DNA of 64,000 nt. Origin: Chiloscyllium plagiosum. Taxonomy: Eukaryota. Numbering within the stretch: position 1 is the first letter of the stretch; each line of letters opens with the position of its first letter. Of the stretch, positions 12,830 to 24,770 are shown in pieces. Position numbers and translations under genes: made by a program. A model generated the notes under the pieces. The model worked only from the letters and a program-made list of their open reading frames with translations. It was not told where the DNA came from and ran no database searches. The DNA is taken from the NCBI RefSeq assembly GCF_004010195.1, contig NC_057718.1:95916354-95980353 (forward strand). Direction: 5' to 3'.

Positions 12830-13900
12830 CGCTCACCTGCTGTCTGCCTACTCTTCCCTTTTTAATGCTAACTTCATAATTCTTACAGTCTCCAGTCTCC
12901 ACCTCGCTGCCCACTTGTTTTCTCTTCTGGTTCCTGGCCCCCTGCCACATTAGTTTAAAACCCCCCAACAGCTGTAGCAAAAACTCCCCCAAGGACATTG
13001 GTTCCAGTCTGGTTCGGGTGTAGACCGGCTCTTTTGTAATAGTCCCACCTTCCCCAGAACCGGCCCCAATGTCCGACAAATCTGAACCCCTCCCTCCTAC
13101 ATCATCTCTCAAGCCACGTGTTCATCCTGCCTATCTTTTATTTCTACGCTGGCTAGCACATGGCACTGGTAGTGATCCTGAGATCACTACCTTTGAGGTC
13201 CTCCCCTTTAACTTCTCTCCTATCTCCCTGAATTCTTCTTTCAGGACCTAATCTCATTTTCTACTTATATCGTTGGTGCCTATATGCACCAAGACAACTG
13301 GTTGTTCACCCTCCCCTTTTAGAATGCTCTGCAGCCGATTTGTAACATCCCTCACCTGAGCACCTGGGAGGCAACATTCCATCCGGGAATCCCTGTTTTC
13401 GGCCACAGAACCGCCTATCTACTCTCCTCACAATAGAATCCCCTATGACTATGGCCCTACGAGTCTTTTTACTGCCCTTCTGAACAGCAGTGCCCACCAC
13501 GGTGCCATGATCCTGCTAACTGCTTCCCTCCCCTGGTGAGCCATCTCCCCCAACAGTATCCAAAACAGTATGCCTGTTTTGGAGGGAGATGACCCACAGG
13601 GGACACCTGCACTGCCTTCCTATTCTCTCTTTTCCTGTCTTTTGGTCACCCATTCACTGTCTCCCTCAGCAATCCTAACCTGTGGTGTGACCAGTTCACT
13701 AAATGTGCTATCCACGACCTCCTCAGCATCGCGGGTGCTCCACAGTGAGTCCATCTGCAGCCCCAGAGCCGTCATGCGGTCAAACAACAGCTGCAGCTGG
13801 ACACTCTTCTTGCAAGTGTAAGAGTCAGGAAGGTCAGACAGGTTCTAAGCTCCCACATCAAGCAAGAGGCACATACCACGGCTTTGAGGTCCTCTGCCAT
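12830..13900 (-). pseudogene. CR1 ORF1 (N-terminal CxxC motif, SGNH/GDSL esterase-like domain), frameshifted
   Basis: MAEDLKAVVCASCLMWE at 13900; RRAIVIGDSIVRRVDRRFCGRK at ~13400-13460. Confidence 0.85.
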
Positions 13901-13918
13901 TGTAAGCTTAGCTTTATA

Positions 13919-14232
13919 TGGGTGGCACGGTGGCACAGTGGTTAGCACTGCTGCCTCACAGCGCCAGAGACCCGGGTTCAATTCCCGCCTCGGGCAACTG
14001 GCTGTGTGGCGTTTGCACATTCTCCCCGTGTCTGTGTGGGTTTCCTCCAGGTGCTCCAGTCTCCTCCCACAGTCCAAAAATGTACACATTAGGTGAATTG
14101 GTTGTGCTAAATTGCCCGTAGTGTTAGGTGAAGGGGTAAATGTAGGGGAATGGGTCTGGGTGGGTTGCTCTTCGGAGGGTCGGTGTGGACTTGTTGGGCC
14201 GAAGGACCTGTTTCCACGCTATAAGAAATCTA
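13919..14232 (+). mobile_element. HE1-type V-SINE nested in the CR1 5' UTR
   Basis: Canonical head, V-domain and tail, antisense to the LINE, just upstream of the ORF1 ATG. Confidence 0.93.
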
Positions 14233-15030
14233 ATATGAACTAACTAAAACCAAACAATGCACTTAAATGTATGATAAAGAAAACATAAAAGCCTTACCTT
14301 ACTGAGTCTTTTTCTTCCAGTTAGAGGAGGGGGGTGCTGGAGGGAGATACTAAACATGTAGTATCTCGGGCTTAGCCACTAACCAAATATAAATTAAGCC
14401 CTTACCTTCCCGGCAGCCCTCGCTTCACTCCTCCTTCTCTCCGTGACTCGCTGTAAAAATGGACATTGAGATCTCCTCATTGTCTCAGTAACAGCAGGTT
14501 GATCCTTCCCCAGTCCCTGACTTGAGCGATGGTGAGTCGGTTGGGAAAATGTGGTGAAGTCAGAAAAATTCTCGATGTTGAGGAGAAAAAAAGGTCTGAT
14601 TTCCAAACAGTGTGATGACAGTCTCACTTAATTAGCTTATGTCGTTAGCACATAATCTCACCCAATATATACACAATTCCCAACACAAAAGTGTATGACG
14701 TTTCCAGCTCACTACCTGGTTTCTTAGTTAGCATTCCCCAGTATCTCAGGACACGGCCCATGGGTAGCGACTGCCCTCACACCCAGTTCATGGATAGACA
14801 CACATCAGTTTGACTACATCATCAACACACATTTCCGACACCAGCTATAAAACACCTCACCACTTCATTGCTGCATTTTACAGCCCATTGACAACTTACA
14901 CTGCTGGGCCACTCTCTGGACAGGGACAGGGACTGACCCTATTATTGGAGCAGGCTACATCTCTGGGTTTTTCACTTGTTTTCTTTAGCAGTTTCTCATT
15001 TTGCACCTACTTGGATGCTAACAGCATCCC

Positions 15031-17985
15031 TTTTTTTGAATTCATTTGTGGGACTTGGCTGTCGCTGGCTGGCCAGCATTTATTGCCTGTCCCCTAGTTG
15101 CCCCCTTGAGAAGGTCGGGGGTGAGCTGCCTTCTTGAACTGCTGCAGTCCACCTGCTGTGGGTTGACCCACAATGCCCTTAGGGAGAGAACTCCAGGATT
15201 TTGACCCAATGACTGTGAAGGAACGGTGGTATATTTCCAGGTCAGATTGGTGAGTGGCTTGAAGGGGATCTCGCAGGAGGTGGTGTTCCCAAGTACCTAC
15301 TGCTCTTGTCCTTTCAGGTGGAAATGATCGTGCATTTGGAAGTTGCTGTCTAAGGATCTTTGGTGAATTTCTGCAATACTTTGCACCGGTAGTGAAGGGA
15401 TTGAATGTTTGTAGATGTGGTGCCGATCAAGTGGGTTGCTTTGTCCTGGATGGTGTTAAGCTTCTTGAGCGTTGTTGGAGCTGCACCCATCCAGGCAAGT
15501 GGGGAGTATTCCATCACACGCCTGACTTGTGCCTTGTAGATGGTGAATAGACTTTGGGGTGTCAGGAGGTGAGTTACTCGCCACAGTATCCCTAGTCTCT
15601 AACATGCTGTTGTAGCCACTGTGTTTATATGGTGAGTCCAGTTGAATTTCTGGTCAATGGTAACCCCAAGGATGTTGACAGTGGGGGAATTCAGTGATGG
15701 TAATACCATTGAATGTCAAAGGATAGTGGTTTAGAGTGTCTCTTATTGGTGATGGTCATTGTCTAGCATTTGTGTGGCGTGAATGTTACTCATCACTTGT
15801 CGACCCAAACCTGGATATTGTCTAGATCTTGTTGCATTTGAGCACGGACTGCTTCAATATCTAAGGAGTTGTGAATAGTGCTGAACACTGTGCAATCATT
15901 GGTGAACATCCCCACTTTGACCTTATGACAGAGGAAGGTCGTTGATGAAGCAGCTGAAGATTGTTGGGCCTAAGACACTACCCTGGGGGATTCCTGCAGA
16001 GATGTCCTGGAGCTGAGATGACTGACCCTCCACAACTGCAACCATCTTCCTTTGTGCCAGGTACGACTCTAACCAGTGGAGTGTTTGCCCCTGATACCTA
16101 TTGATTCCAGTTTTGCAGGGCTCCTTAATGCCATACTCCATCAAATGCGGCCTTGGTGTCAAGGGCTGTCACTCTCCCCTCCCCTCTGGAATTCAGCTCT
16201 TCTGTCCATGTTTTGAACGAAGACTGTAATGAGATCAGGAGTCGGGTGACCCTGGCGAAACCGAAACTGGGCATCACTGAGCAGGTTGTTGCTGAGCAGG
16301 TGCTGCTTGGTAGCACTATTGATGATACCTTCCATCACTTCACTGATGATCGAGAGTAGACTGATTGGGCGGTAATTGGCCGGGTAGGGTTTGTCCTGCT
16401 TCTTGTGTACAGGACATACCTGGGCAATTTTCCACATTGTTGGGTAGATGCCAGTGTTGTAACTGTACTGGAAGAGCTTGGCAAGGGGAGTGGCACATTT
16501 GGAGCACGCGTCCTCAGAACTATTGCCGGAATATTATCAGGGCCCATTGCTTTTGCAGAATCCAGTGTTTTTTGATATGACGTGGAGTGAGTTGAATTGC
16601 CTAGAGACTGGTATCTGTAATACTGGGGAGCACTGGAGGAGCCCGAGATGGATCATCCATTCAGAACTTCTGACTGAAGATTGTTGTGCATGTATCAGCC
16701 TTGTCTTTTGTACTGATGTGCTTGTCTCCTCCATCATTGAGGATGGGGATATTTGTAGAGCCCCCTTCCCCAGTGAGTTGTTTAATTGTCGACCATCATT
16801 CATGACTGGATATGGAAGTTCTGCAGAGCTTAGATCTGATTCATTGGTTGTGGGATCGCCTAGTTCTGTCTATCACTTGCTGTTTATACCATTTGGCATG
16901 CAAATTGCCCTGTTTGGTAGCTTCACCAGGTTGACACCTCATTTTTAGGTATGCCTAATGCTGCTGCTGGCATGCCCTCTTGCACTCTCCATTGAACCCG
17001 GGTTGAACCCCTGGCTTGATGGTAATGGTTCAGTGGGGGATATGCCAGACCATGGGGTTGTAGATTGTGCTGAAGTACAGTTCTGCTGCTGTTGATGGCC
17101 CACAGTACCTCATGGATGCCCCGTCTTGAGGTGCTAGATAGTGCCACGCAACACGATGGAGGTTATTCTCAATGTGAAGGCAGGACTTTGTCTCCACAAG
17201 GACAGTGCAGTGGTCGCTTATACTGATACTGTCTTGGACAGATCCTTCTGCAGCCGGCAGATTAGTAATGATGAGGTCAAGTATGTTTTCTCCTCTTGTT
17301 TGTTCCTTCACCACCTGCTGCAGACCCAGTCTAGCCGTTTATATCCTTTAGGACCCGACCAGTTCGATCAGTAATGCTGCTGCCAAGCCACTCTTCGTCA
17401 GCCGAAAGAGGGAGATACGTGGTAACCAGCAAGAGGTTTTCTTGCCCATGTTTAATCTGAAGCCATGAGACATCATGGGATCCAGAGTTGATGTCAAGGA
17501 CTCTCAGGGCAACTCCCTCCCAACTGTATCCCACTGTGCCGCCACCTCTGCTGGGTCTGTCCTGCCGGTGGGACAGATCATATCCAGGAATGGTAATGGT
17601 GGTGTCTGAGGTGTTATCTGTAAAGTATGACTCCATAAGAATGATTATGTCAGGCTGTTTCTTGACTAGTCTGTGAGACAGTCTCCTAAGTTTGGGCACT
17701 GGCCCCCAAATGTTAGTAAGGAGGACTTTGCATGGCCAGGAGGGCTGTTTGTGTTTTTGCTGTTGCCTTTTCCAGTTCCAATGTCGATGCCAGGTGGTCC
17801 ATTCAGTTTCATTCCTTTGTTATGACTTTCTAGCAGTTAATACAATTGACTGGATTGCTAGGCCATTTCAGAGGGCATTTGAGAGTCAACCACATTGCTG
17901 TGGCTCTGGAGTCATATCTAGGCCAGACCAGGTAAGGATGGCAGATTTCTTCTCTATAGGACTTTAGTGAATCAGATGGGTTTTA
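15031..17985 (-). mobile_element. ~2.9-kb single-ORF (APE-RT) non-LTR retrotransposon, CR1 group; disrupted
   Basis: LSHRLVKKQPDIIILMES, PGYDLSHRQDRPSRGGGT, TRGENILDLIITN, SDH, MGPDNIPAIVL, WKIAQVCPVHKKQDK..PANYRPISLLS, QFRFRQGH, GIPQGSVLGPTIFSCFINDL; A-rich 3' end at 15031. Confidence 0.92.
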
Positions 17986-18919
17986 ATGCCTTGCCTGCCA
18001 TTGTGCACTGTGCTGCCTTATTTGGACCTCCAAGGCTCAGTGTTTCTGTCTTGCCTTGCCTTTTAGAGCAGACGCAAAGCCAGGCAACTCATCATTGGTT
18101 GTCAGCAATAATCAGTCAAGGGGATGAATATGTTGCTGTCCATGCTACATCAATGTACGGGCTAGAACAGTGTCACACACCCACAGCCTGTGCCAGCACT
18201 GCATTGTGCATCAACTAAATTGCCACGCCTCAAAGTCTAAGAGGAATAATTCTTGGTCAGGACAAGGGGGCACTATGGTCAGTTAGGGGGTCCTGCTACA
18301 GTTGGACAAGGGCATCATCCAATCTCAATCCAGGCCTTGGGCATGGTCAGTTGACCCTTTGGGGCCATCAAGGTGAGGGGTGCTGTGTCATTTCAGTCTG
18401 GGGAGTGGGTCACAGTCAGTCAGACCATGAAGATCCAATACAGTCGGTCTGGGGATTAACAATAAGTCAGTCAGTCAGCTGTGCAGAGATCTGTCAGGGG
18501 TCTGGTCACTCACCAATCAGGGGTTGTCCTTCCAAGTCAGTTGGAGGGCTTGTTGTGAGTCTATTCACTGAAAATCACAGGGGTATTATCAGGGTATAAC
18601 TGCTATGGTCAGGAAGTCAATTGTGGTCATTCCAGGCATCCCACACTGGGTTGGAGAGGAGCAATTCTTGTACAGGGAACAACTCAACATATAAGGATGG
18701 GAACTGTTAATGCATTGGAGGGTACTATGGGAGAGGAACCATCAACAGTTACCACCAGCCTGGCTTTGATAGGGGATGTGGGAGCAGTACATCATGATAG
18801 TTGGCAAGGTTAAGCTACAGGCTTATGGCTTCAGGGCTAATAGTCATAGCTTCATCGAAGTTTTGAGGACAGAAGAGGGTCCTTCTGTCATTTAGGACCA
18901 TGCCATTGAAAGACCAGCA

Positions 18920-19217
18920 TCTTTTCCCCAGGATAGGGTAATGCAAAACTAAAAGGCATAGGTTTTAGGTAAGCAGGGAAAGATTTAAAAGGAACATGAG
19001 GAGCAACATTTCCACACAGAGGGTGGTGCACGTATGGAACCAACTGGTAGGGGCGAGTATATTTAAAAGGCATTTGGATCAGCATTTGGCTAGGAACAGG
19101 TTCGAGAGATATGTGCAAATGCAGACAAATGGGTCTAGTTCCGTTTGGAAAGCTTGGTCAGCTTAGATGAGTTGGACTGAAGGGTCTGTTTCTATGCTGT
19201 ATGGCTCTATGACTCTA
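18920..19217 (+). mobile_element. CR1 3' fragment
   Basis: acacagagggtggtgcacgtatggaac...gtttctatgctgtatggctctatgactcta tail. Confidence 0.85.
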
Positions 19218-19418
19218 CACTAATCACATTTTCCAGCACTTGGCCCATAGCTTTGAACGCTTTGGTGATATTGGGAGACGAAAACTTAAATGAAAGTTGG
19301 AGAAAGCTCATTATTGATGGCAGTGCAAAGATTAGAGGATCCAGCAAGATTTGGGGTGCCCTTAGATTGCCAGGCTACCCTCACTCACTCTGTGAAGCTC
19401 AACAAGTCTGATCCTCCA

Positions 19419-19509
19419 GTGTTTAGATCAGAGTGGTGCTGGAAAAGCACAGCAGGTCAGGCAGCATCCATTCGGGCAAAAGCCCTTCATCTGCAGTTCT
19501 CACTTTTGC
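19419..19509. mobile_element. Internally deleted family A Penelope mini-element
   Basis: Left arm fused to the 3' terminus catctgcagttctcactttt; 16-bp TSD caagtctgatcctcca at 19403-19418 and 19510-19525. Confidence 0.85.
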
Positions 19510-19689
19510 CAAGTCTGATCCTCCATCCTCATCTGAATTGGAGACACACGATGGAAATGGAAACTGCATGGCACCATACCTGGAGTAGGGGAAACAAATG
19601 GTTTTGTTTTTCTAACAGTGTAAGCTCTACCTCTGAGTGCTGTTTAGACCATTACATGGCAATTACATTAATCAATTACAGATTATTGT

Positions 19690-20170
19690 CATAGAGTCAT
19701 AGAGATGTACAGCATGGAAATAGATCCTTCGGTTCAACACGTCCATGCCGACCAGATATCCCAACCCAATCTAGTCCCACTTGCCAGCACCTGGCCCATA
19801 TCCCTCCAAACCCTTCCTATTCATATACCCATCCAAATGCCTCTTAAATGTTGCAATTGTACCAGCCTCCACCATCCAGGGAAAACAGCCCCAGCCTGTT
19901 CAGCCTCTCCCTATAGCTCAAATCCTTCAACCCTGGCAACATCCTTGTAAATCTTTTCTGAACCCTTTCAAGTTTCACAACATCTTTCCGATAGGAAGGA
20001 GACCAGAATTGCATGCAATATTCCTAACCAATGTCCTGTACAGCCGCAACATGACCTCCCAACTCCTGTACTCAATACTCTGACCAATAAAGGAAAGCAT
20101 ACCAAATGCCTTCTTCACCATCCTAGCTACCTGCGACTCCAGTTTCAAGAAGCTATGAACCTGTACTCCA
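19690..20170 (-). mobile_element. CR1 3' fragment with internal deletion
   Basis: VQVHSFLKLESQVARMVKKAFGMLSFIGQSIEYRSWEVMLRLYRTLVR; (atagagtc) tail. Confidence 0.9.
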
Positions 20171-20351
20171 ATAATCACAGGACTTTGCTTGTGAACCACA
20201 TATATGACCCAAATGCTGATCACAAGTAATTTTCAACATTTAATTCGTCATTGCAATTTGATTATGATCATCTCTGGGGCAGGTGAGATGGCAGGTGTGT
20301 GAGCTCAGTATGGGGACTGTTAAATAGTTACACAGGACTTATGTATTTAAT

Positions 20352-20559
20352 GGCCTAGATTTTCCTGGGCAACCATTTTACTTAATTTGGTCAGAACCCT
20401 CTGTGGTCTCTGATTTAAATGGAAGCTTTTGGAGGGTTCCAGGCGCAGAGGGATTACCTGACAGAAAATTCAATTTCCCAAGGGTTTGCACATATTTCCC
20501 ATGCTCACCTCCAATCTGCGCTGGAACAACAACAGCCCAACCAGTGGGAAATCTAAGCC
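20352..20559. mobile_element. Putative MITE (Harbinger-like terminal inverted repeats)
   Basis: ggcctagattttcc ... gggaaatctaagcc imperfect 14-bp TIR. Confidence 0.45.
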
Positions 20560-21187
20560 ATGATCTTCTATTTCAAATGAACAGTCACCCATGCCCTCAC
20601 CAGCTGCTGTTTCTCATTTCTCTCCCACTGCGTTTACTGTGGAGGGATATCCACGGCTGGCACAGTTTGTGTTAATTTTACTTTTCTTTGGTTATTGTGT
20701 ATGATTTCTGCCGTTGATGTAGGCATAGTGGCAGGGAGACTTTTCTCTGTATTTATCATGTAAAGCTACACGTGACAATAAATTTCTATTCTGTTCTATA
20801 TATGTTGACCTGGCACAAAGCTGGAATCATGGAGAAGGTCTCTGCAGTCGGAATACTCCAGCCACCAGTGAGCACAAGGTAATGAGAGTGCAGAGGAGTA
20901 GTGCAGACATAATGGGACATGGGATATCTGGTCGGCATGGACGAATTGGACCGAAGGGTCTGTTTCTGTGCAGTACATCTCTATGACTCTATGTAACGAA
21001 CACTTGGGTGTGAACTGTCTAGTGCTCATGGAGAAAAAGCCACCATGAGACTCCTCGAAACTGATGGTTAGCTGATTGGGCTGAATTTTACCAAAAACAA
21101 TGTCCATCGGACCAATGACTTAACACAGCAGGTTCTTCCCATTATATTGCCAAAGGTTTTCCTTTGCCACAATGCACCAATCAGATA

Positions 21188-21710
21188 TTGTACATCCCAG
21201 CAAGGAAAATCCAAAACTAGAGGACATAGGCTTAGGGTGATTGGGAAAAGTCGTAAAAGGGACCGAAGGAACAACTTTATCACGCAGAGGGTGGTGCGTG
21301 TATGGAATGAGCTGCCAGAGGAAGCGGTGGAGGCTGGTACAGTTACAACATTTAAATGGCATCTGGATGGGTATATGAATAGGAGAGGTTTGGAGTTGTA
21401 CATCCCAGCAAGGAAAACTAGAGGACATAGGCTTAGGGTGATTGGGAAAAGTCATAAAAGGGACCGAAGGAACAACTTTTTCATGCAGAGGGTGGTGCGT
21501 GTATGGAATGAGCTGCCAGAGGAAGTGGTGGAGGCTGGTACAGTTACAACATTTAAATGGCATCTGGATGGGTATATGAATAGGAGAGGTTTGGAGGGAT
21601 ATGGGCCAAGTCCTGGCAAATGGGACTAGATTGATTTATGATATCTGGTCAACATGGATAAGTTGGACCAAAGGGTCTGTTTCCATGCGGTACATCTCTA
21701 TGACTCTAAG
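21188..21710 (+). mobile_element. CR1 3' fragment with ~205-bp tandem duplication
   Basis: 21188-21395 repeated at 21396-21596 (KTRGHRLRV...WNELPEE twice in ORF 21147-21629). Confidence 0.92.
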
Positions 21711-22737
21711 AGGATGGTGGCAATAAATCTACACTTATGGTGCATCACCAGAGTGGGCTGTAGTGAAGATCTATCACACATTCTCTCTTATTGCCATCAG
21801 CTCCAAAATTCTGCACAAGCATTTTATTTTCTCTTCCACGTTTTTGTTCATTTTAAAGAGTTTTAAAGATTTTATTATTCTTTCTTCCAATTTATCTTAG
21901 AGATTTCATTGCTACAACGTATGTCCTGGATGTCAATAAACATGACCAATTTGTAATGGTTTTCAATCGTGAACTGGATAAGCTGTTGAAAGAAATAATT
22001 TCATAAACAGTACAGGGAAATCGCAAGCCAATTTGAATGTTGTCTGGACAGGAGAGGGTTAACTGTAACTGTAACTACTAAACACATGCATAAGGACCTA
22101 TGTTTGATGATTCCAGATTATATAGAGACTGAGACTGGAAGGAAGAATATATGACAGAAACCTTGGTCTACCATTTGTCTATATCAAGCATCATTATTAA
22201 TGTTACTAGGTTGTAAAAGTGTCTCTGTGTGTGTAGGATATAATGACAACTTCCTACGCTGTATAGTTTTCATGGAGCAATACCTTGACATAATTAAACA
22301 TTTAAAGCAACAAAACTAATCAGAAATTAAGTATTATGTCTGGTCACATTTTCTAGCTTCTTTGAAAGGTCAAGAGATGAAGGCCCAGTTGTGGATGGGT
22401 CTGGAAGGATCTGAAAGACATTGGATGCAAGAAGCACCACCCACAGTAATGTCACAAAGATTTGGTGGGATAATAAAGCAGGATCTGGTAGGAGACAGAG
22501 CTAAGTCTTGGTCTTCCCAACAGTCTGAACCTATTTTTATAATCTGTGAATAGTTCCAGAGACGCAATAAACAGCATCTTGTTTACTCCTCAAAATTCTT
22601 CCTGTTACACGAGAAAGTGACTACCTTAACTCACAGCAGACCACTTAAGCCCCTAAAGAATCCACACACTTAGAAGATAAGGATGGCAGCACACAAAGTA
22701 GCTAACATTTCCAAATTACACATATCTATGTCAATTG

Positions 22738-22788
22738 CAATTTCAAATAAACCTGTTGGACTATAACCTGGTGTTGTTTGATTTTTGA
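22738..22788 (+). mobile_element. Short family B Penelope mini-element remnant
   Basis: aataaacctgttggactataacctggtgttg; 11-bp flanking repeat ctatgtcaatt at 22727-22737 and 22789-22799. Confidence 0.75.
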
Positions 22789-23391
22789 CTATGTCAATTC
22801 GAATTAGCTGATCATGACTGAGGCAATGAAATAAGCATCTCCGTTTGAAAACTTACTAAAATCAGATTACGGTCAAAGGTAATAAATTGCCTTATGGAAT
22901 TGAATTTTCCTAGATGCCTTTGGATGCCAGACAAGTCAATGGGAGCAAATAGCTCTTTCTAACAGCTGATGGTGTTTTTTTTATTTCTGATGGTGGATGT
23001 TTACCCGCTAAACCACTGTGGGAATTCCGGGAGGGGATAGTCTTCATTATAACATTACAGCTGGCAGGAAGGTCAGAGTATTAACGAGACGGGAGAGATT
23101 GAAATGATTATTCATTTCTTCACACCAATTTACATGGAGGTGGTGAAGAATAAGTTAGGATTCGTTATTGTTTGCTGCTGCTGACTAGAAAGTGTTCCTT
23201 TTGGAGGTGAGAATCTCTTTGTTTTTCATTCATTATCAAACTCTCAGTTATGTTCCAGTTCATCACAAGGTTCCTTCAACACCTATATTTTTAACTTGTG
23301 GCATTGTGTTAGGAATTAGGGGTCCTCTTTAAATCTGTGCACTTTTAATATTCCATAATTTATGTTCCATAATAGAGAGGAGGCGGGGGGG

Positions 23392-23745
23392 GGGGGTTAT
23401 GCCCTAATGGTATTATTGCTGGACTGTTAATCCAGAGATACAGGTAATGTTCTGGGGACCTGAGTTCAAATCCCACCATGGCAGAAGGTGAAATTTGAAT
23501 TCAATAAATATCTAGAATTATGAATCTAATGATGACCACAAATCCATTGTCAATTGGCGGAAAAACCCATACGGTTCACTAATGTCCTTTAGGGAAGGAA
23601 ACTGCCATCTTTACTTGGTCTAGCTGACATGTGACACCAGACCCACAGTAATGTGGTTGGCTAAGAACTGCCTTCTGGGCAACTAGGGATGGGCAATAAA
23701 TGCTGCCCAGCCAGCGACACCTTCATCCTGTGAATGAAGAAAGAA
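23392..23745 (+). mobile_element. tRNA-derived SINE, family B
   Basis: Full-length homolog of 3528-3885 and 28488-28840. Confidence 0.88.
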
Positions 23746-24159
23746 AGAAATCAAAATATTTGGTAGTATGAAACCTCATTTAACTGTGTTACCAAATTAA
23801 GCAAGCTTTTACAAGCATAAACAAATGTTTTATTGGGCACCACACTAGTCTGTTCTGAATTTGGTGGTTTCTAAAATAAGAAGGTTTTGGTTTTGGAAGG
23901 AATGAAACCTAACCTTCAATTGAAAGTGGGCAAGGGACAATGATGGTCTGACATCATGAGTAACTAATCAATGGCCAAAAATGTTCAGACAATAGATTGA
24001 TGCAGCATAAGTTACCAGCTCCTAGAAATAGGGATGCATCAACAGATGCTCAGGGGCAGGGGTCAGTCCTCATCGAACGGTCTTCAAAGAGCCGTCTTCT
24101 CCAGTTGTAAAATGGACCAGAAGGAGAGAAGGAAGACTGACAGAAGAGTTCCCTAACAC

Positions 24160-24770
24160 TTCAGCTGGTTTGATTTATTGTTGTCACATGTGCCTGAGTA
24201 CAGTGATAAGTTTTGCTTTGTGAGTACCATCCCATACAAGGACATACAGATCATCGGGTGTTTAGACAGAGCAAAGCATACTGGGTTATGGCTGCAGAAG
24301 AGGTGCACAAAAGCAAGATCATCATTAGGTTTTAAGTTAGAGAGTTCCAATTGGCAGTCTAATAACAGTGGGGAAGAAACTGTTCTTGAAACTGTTGGTG
24401 CACATGTTCAAGTTTCTGTATCTGCTGCCTGATGGAAGAGAGTATTACCAGAGTGAGAGGGGTCTTTCATGATATTGGCTACCTTTCTGTGGCAATGAGA
24501 AATGTAGATGGAGTCCATGGATGGGAGGTTGGCTCCCGTGATGATCTGGGCTGATGATCAACTCCCTATAGTTTTTTCCTGGTTCTTGGCAGAGTAATTG
24601 CCATAACTAGCCATGACGCACTCAGAACACTTTCTATGGTGCATCTGTCAAAGTTGGTGAGGTGCATGCCAGATTCCCTAATCCTCCTGAGGGAGAAGTT
24701 GTTATGCCCTCTTGACCATCGCATCTACCTGGGAGGTCCAGGATAGAGTGTTGGTGGTTATCCATCTCGA
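24160..24770 (-). mobile_element. Rex1/Babar LINE 3' fragment
   Basis: Degenerate LTNF.RCTIESVL and FKNSFFPTVIRL motifs; 3' UTR ending gtgacaacaataaatcaa. Confidence 0.8.

Larger units (their letters stand above)
9592..14455 (-). mobile_element. Near-full-length CR1 (HER1-like) LINE with 5' UTR, ORF1 and ORF2; inactivated
   Basis: ORF1 and APE-RT motifs in order (see next features), 3' UTR ending in (acaaaga)-type repeats at ~9592-9610; stops/frameshifts, internal deletion near 11485, assembly gap, SINE in the 5' UTR. Confidence 0.95.

Noticed and set aside
9336..14627. Joining the flanks of the CR1 insertion gives an apparent ~140-aa minus-strand ORF (…CPFL|DLTAPRSK…)
   Set aside because: No recognisable domain; another frame (DESKWHHLIQQG) weakly resembles an RTE LINE end, so it is likely chance or an old repeat
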